This document shows positions 61,063 through 64,000 of a stretch of 64,000 bases of DNA, in pieces; position 1 is the stretch's first letter, and every line of letters begins with the position of its first letter. Location of the stretch: IMG/VR virus record IMGVR_UViG_3300045256_000058, positions 32,001-96,000 of that record; one strand, given 5' to 3'. Origin of the DNA: a virus. The position numbers and the translations under genes are program-made. The notes beneath the pieces are model-generated. The model did no database searches. It had not been told where the DNA came from and saw only the letters and a program-made list of their open reading frames with translations.

Positions 61063-61341
61063 ATGAGTCTATTTTCTGGTGGATTGCGTACTGCCTTGAA
61101 ACCAATCAAGGTTCGTATTCTATCCAACGGTTCCAACTTTGCTTTACAGCAACAACAAACGTTCTTCGGGTTTCCCTACTGGTCAGTGATGACCCGTTGG
61201 GATATTCACCCAATTACCGGACAAGCTTCCAAGCTTCCGGCTAAGTTCGATACGATTACAGATGCTCAAGAACATCTTGCTGCTCTAAAAGCATCTCGTC
61301 AGTCACTTGTCTGGGATGTAACCGATACGGTTGAAATCTAG
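61063..61341 (+). CDS. Hypothetical protein
   Basis: RBS GGAGG. Confidence 0.65.
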   Translation: MSLFSGGLRTALKPIKVRILSNGSNFALQQQQTFFGFPYWSVMTRWDIHPITGQASKLPAKFDTITDAQEHLAALKASRQSLVWDVTDTVEI

Positions 61342-61348
61342 TCAATCG

Positions 61349-61384
61349 GGGTAGTTAGTGTTTGCTGGCTACCCTTTGCTTTTT
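61349..61384 (+). terminator. Intrinsic terminator
   Basis: GGGTAGTTAG-N6-CTGGCTACCC-TTTGCTTTTT. Confidence 0.65.
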
Positions 61385-61410
61385 CTATCCACCATTATAA
61401 GGAAACAATC

Positions 61411-62466
61411 ATGGCAACTACAACTGCGAAAAAGAAGACTACTTCTCCTACGAAGACTACTAAATCAACTGCAACTAAAGCTAAGGTGACTAAACCTGCT
61501 GAAACTGAAGCACCCCGTGAGCCTGGTAAGCTCCAAGTAAGACTGGATGCGCTCACTGCTGATGTAATCAAAGCAATGGAGCAAGGCACTTTTGGTAGCT
61601 GGGTAAAGAAATGGTCAGAATCACCATTCTCTATCGGTACAAATTTTTCTACTCAACATCAGTACACAGGGTCTAATGCCCTGATTACTGCCTGGTACTC
61701 TATGGCTCAGTCTAAGCCTAATATTTGGGGTACGATGAATGCTGGTTATAGCATGGGATGGAAATTGCGTAAAGGTAGCCAACAAATTCCTTTGCTGCGT
61801 CCCAAACAAGTTGTAATCTCAGCAGAAGAATCAAGTACAGGAAAAGAAGTTCGGTTTACACGGTTTAGTTTATTCGGTGTTTCTAACCTGCTCGACTTCG
61901 ATGCCAATCCAAATGCAAAGATGTCTCCAGTAGAGTTTCTACAGGAGTTAGAAAAGGCTACAAAGAGACTCTCTGAAAAACAGAGAATTGCTCATGCTGA
62001 GAAGTTTCTAAATGCCGCAATTAAGCAATCAGGTGTCAAGATGCTCGGCAATGGTAATCCTTCCTATGCTCCTAAGCTTGATGGAATTTGGATGCCTGAC
62101 TTCAAGACCTTTCATGCTCCTGAGTATTATTACAGCACTCTTGGGCACGAACTCATTCACTCAACTGGTGCGGAATCCCGACTAGCCCGTAAGGGAATTA
62201 CAGAATTTGACCACTTTGGTTCTCCTCAATATGCTCAGGAAGAACTGATTGCTGAGTTGGGTAGCTTATTTCTAATGGCGTACCTCGGTCTTGAGTACGA
62301 TTTAATGCACAAGACTTCATATCTCGCAAGTTGGCTAAACGGATTGAAGGAAAACCCCCAATATCTGTGGAAGTCAGCAGCAAAAGCTCAAGCGGCTTAC
62401 AAGTTTGTTCGTGAAATGGGTGGCGACCCTATTCCTGAAAACAAGAAACAGGAAAACGAAAAATAG
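61411..62466 (+). CDS. ardC: ArdC-like antirestriction/ssDNA-binding protein with zincin metallopeptidase domain
   Basis: N-terminal 'NFSTQHQYTGSN...W.T...GWKLRKGS' and C-terminal 'YYSTLGHELIHSTG...YAQEELIAELGS...SYLASWL'; Lys/Thr-rich N-tail. Confidence 0.88.
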   Translation: MATTTAKKKTTSPTKTTKSTATKAKVTKPAETEAPREPGKLQVRLDALTADVIKAMEQGTFGSWVKKWSESPFSIGTNFSTQHQYTGSNALITAWYSMAQSKPNIWGTMNAGYSMGWKLRKGSQQIPLLRPKQVVISAEESSTGKEVRFTRFSLFGVSNLLDFDANPNAKMSPVEFLQELEKATKRLSEKQRIAHAEKFLNAAIKQSGVKMLGNGNPSYAPKLDGIWMPDFKTFHAPEYYYSTLGHELIHSTGAESRLARKGITEFDHFGSPQYAQEELIAELGSLFLMAYLGLEYDLMHKTSYLASWLNGLKENPQYLWKSAAKAQAAYKFVREMGGDPIPENKKQENEK

Positions 62467-62486
62467 ATTTCCTTGGTGGACTAGAT

Positions 62487-62522
62487 GAGAGTGGGTTTTT
62501 CTCCTTTTCCCACTCTCTTTTT
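62487..62522 (+). terminator. Intrinsic terminator after ardC
   Basis: GAGAGTGGG...CCCACTCTC-TTTTT. Confidence 0.75.
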
Positions 62523-62802
62523 CTTAACTATGAAACCTTTAACTAATCAAAAGCCTTATGTCCTAGTTTGGATACTAGATAACGGTTACATTTACGACAT
62601 AAAAGTTTCTCGTAGATTTAATTAAAACTACTTATTGGCATCCTCAAAGACTCTTCATTCCCTTTGGAGGTATGCACTATTACAGTTTTGAAGACTTTGA
62701 TAGAAAGTATCACAAAGAGTATCCTGCTTTGATTCATGGCATAAAAGCGGCACTTACTAATGGGATTACCAGAATACAGTTTGATTATCCTGTAGTTGCA
62801 CT

Positions 62803-63228
62803 ATGAAGTTTTACGAGTTTATTCTAAAAATAAATAACGAGTTAGTTTTTCCTGCAATACAAAACAAGATAAACATAGACCACTTAGTTGATGACTTTAG
62901 ATTTGAGTCCGATGCAATTTGGGCACTATATCACTTTATTCCTAGAATTATAAAGAGAGTAGTGAACCCAAAATTCAATCTCTCGTATCATCTAAACGGT
63001 GAAAGTAACTACTCTAGATGGTTATTCTATCTCGACCATGAGAATTTCAGTGTTCTAACTCCTGAAACTATGAAAGAGATTAGTTTGCCTAGTATTTATA
63101 ATACCCCTGAAAAAAGAGAGTGGTTCTACAAGTTGGTAAACGGTACTCTTAGTGAGACATACTATTTACGAGAGTTTGAAAGAATGAAAGCATATCTCAA
63201 GGATAGGTATCATGTCGAGATTTACTAA
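62803..63228 (+). CDS. Hypothetical protein (paralogue of the next gene)
   Basis: Shares PRI..., Y.RW and G.LS.TYY.R.F..M..Y with 63212..63664. Confidence 0.65.
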   Translation: MKFYEFILKINNELVFPAIQNKINIDHLVDDFRFESDAIWALYHFIPRIIKRVVNPKFNLSYHLNGESNYSRWLFYLDHENFSVLTPETMKEISLPSIYNTPEKREWFYKLVNGTLSETYYLREFERMKAYLKDRYHVEIY

Positions 63229-63664
63229 ACATCTTTTACATTTCATTGAAAGGTCTAGTCCTATTGTTTTAGTAGGAACTAAAGATGTAACCGATTTTGT
63301 TGACTTTTACGATGTTGCTTTTGACGAAACACATTTAGTGTTTCATTTACATCCTCGAATTATGAGAAAGATAGACCCCTCATTCACAGTGGCAAAGTAT
63401 GTTAGTCGCTATGAACGTTGGCTAGAAGCATTTGGAAACTATTTTCTAACAAATTACTTCACTCCTCATCGTATTGAGGAAACGGGATTTGCTATCCCAT
63501 CTCTTAGGTCGAATATTTACGAAGAATTGTTTGGTCAAATGTCTGATACATACTATCGTCGAAGATTTGACGATATGTTTAAGTACGTCTGCGAGGAATT
63601 CGATTGTGCAACTCAGTTGTCAGAAAGTGAGGGAGAGCAATCCCTTATCTTGTTTGGTAGGTAA
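63212..63664 (+). CDS. Hypothetical protein (paralogue of the previous gene)
   Basis: Shares the same motifs with 62803..63228. Confidence 0.65.
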   Translation: MSRFTKHLLHFIERSSPIVLVGTKDVTDFVDFYDVAFDETHLVFHLHPRIMRKIDPSFTVAKYVSRYERWLEAFGNYFLTNYFTPHRIEETGFAIPSLRSNIYEELFGQMSDTYYRRRFDDMFKYVCEEFDCATQLSESEGEQSLILFGR

Positions 63665-64000
63665 GTTAATTTTAGGAATCAAACACAATTTACTTGACTT
63701 ATATGGTGATGAAAGTACGGTTGTCGATTTCTATGAACTCATCGTAAAGGATATTCTTTCGGGAATCGTAGAAACGGGTTACATTCTGTCCGGTACTTTC
63801 TATAGTAAGGTTTATACCGATAAATCTGAGATAGAAAGTTTGTATCCAGATTCAAAAATTGTGGAGAAATCATAATGCCAGTTTTGCATCAACTCGCAAC
63901 TACCTTCCTACAGACAGACGTTTGCACACTGAAAGCACTTCCTAACCGGGATGTTTTTGTCCTTATCGATGCTCTTAATGATTTGCTTCTAGAACACGAT

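Noticed and set aside
1-64000. CRISPR array, integrase or transposase
   Set aside because: No regularly spaced repeats and no recombinase or transposase motifs found

Overview
AT-rich segment of a tailed dsDNA phage genome. The host is possibly cyanobacterial, on weak evidence. Positions ~1-54.3 kb hold a mostly minus-strand virion morphogenesis module: LamG tail/receptor proteins, tape measure, putative tail chaperones, head-tail proteins, major capsid (MCP-E type), decoration, scaffold, prohead protease, Mu-gpF-like head protein, and terminase large and small subunits. No portal or tail sheath gene was recognised. From ~54.9 kb a plus-strand early-type region carries sigma70-like promoters, small orphan ORFs and an ArdC-like protein. 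Two features stand out. (1) About 15 orphan, Gly/Ala/Gln-rich genes interleaved with the head genes share an A-x-F motif (often [FY]SY-M-xx-TANF). The motif also flanks the catalytic domain of the prohead protease and occurs in the scaffold. It separates modules within single ORFs, suggesting protease-processed capsid-internal polyproteins, with cargo including a kinase-like and a GNAT-like domain. (2) There are two ORF-free, densely base-paired RNA candidates: ~2.0 kb at 55.74-57.75 kb, with tRNA-like T-arms at both ends, a pseudoknot and long-range stems, and ~465 nt at 51.39-51.85 kb with its own promoter and terminator. All calls come from motif recognition and hand folding; no database search was run.
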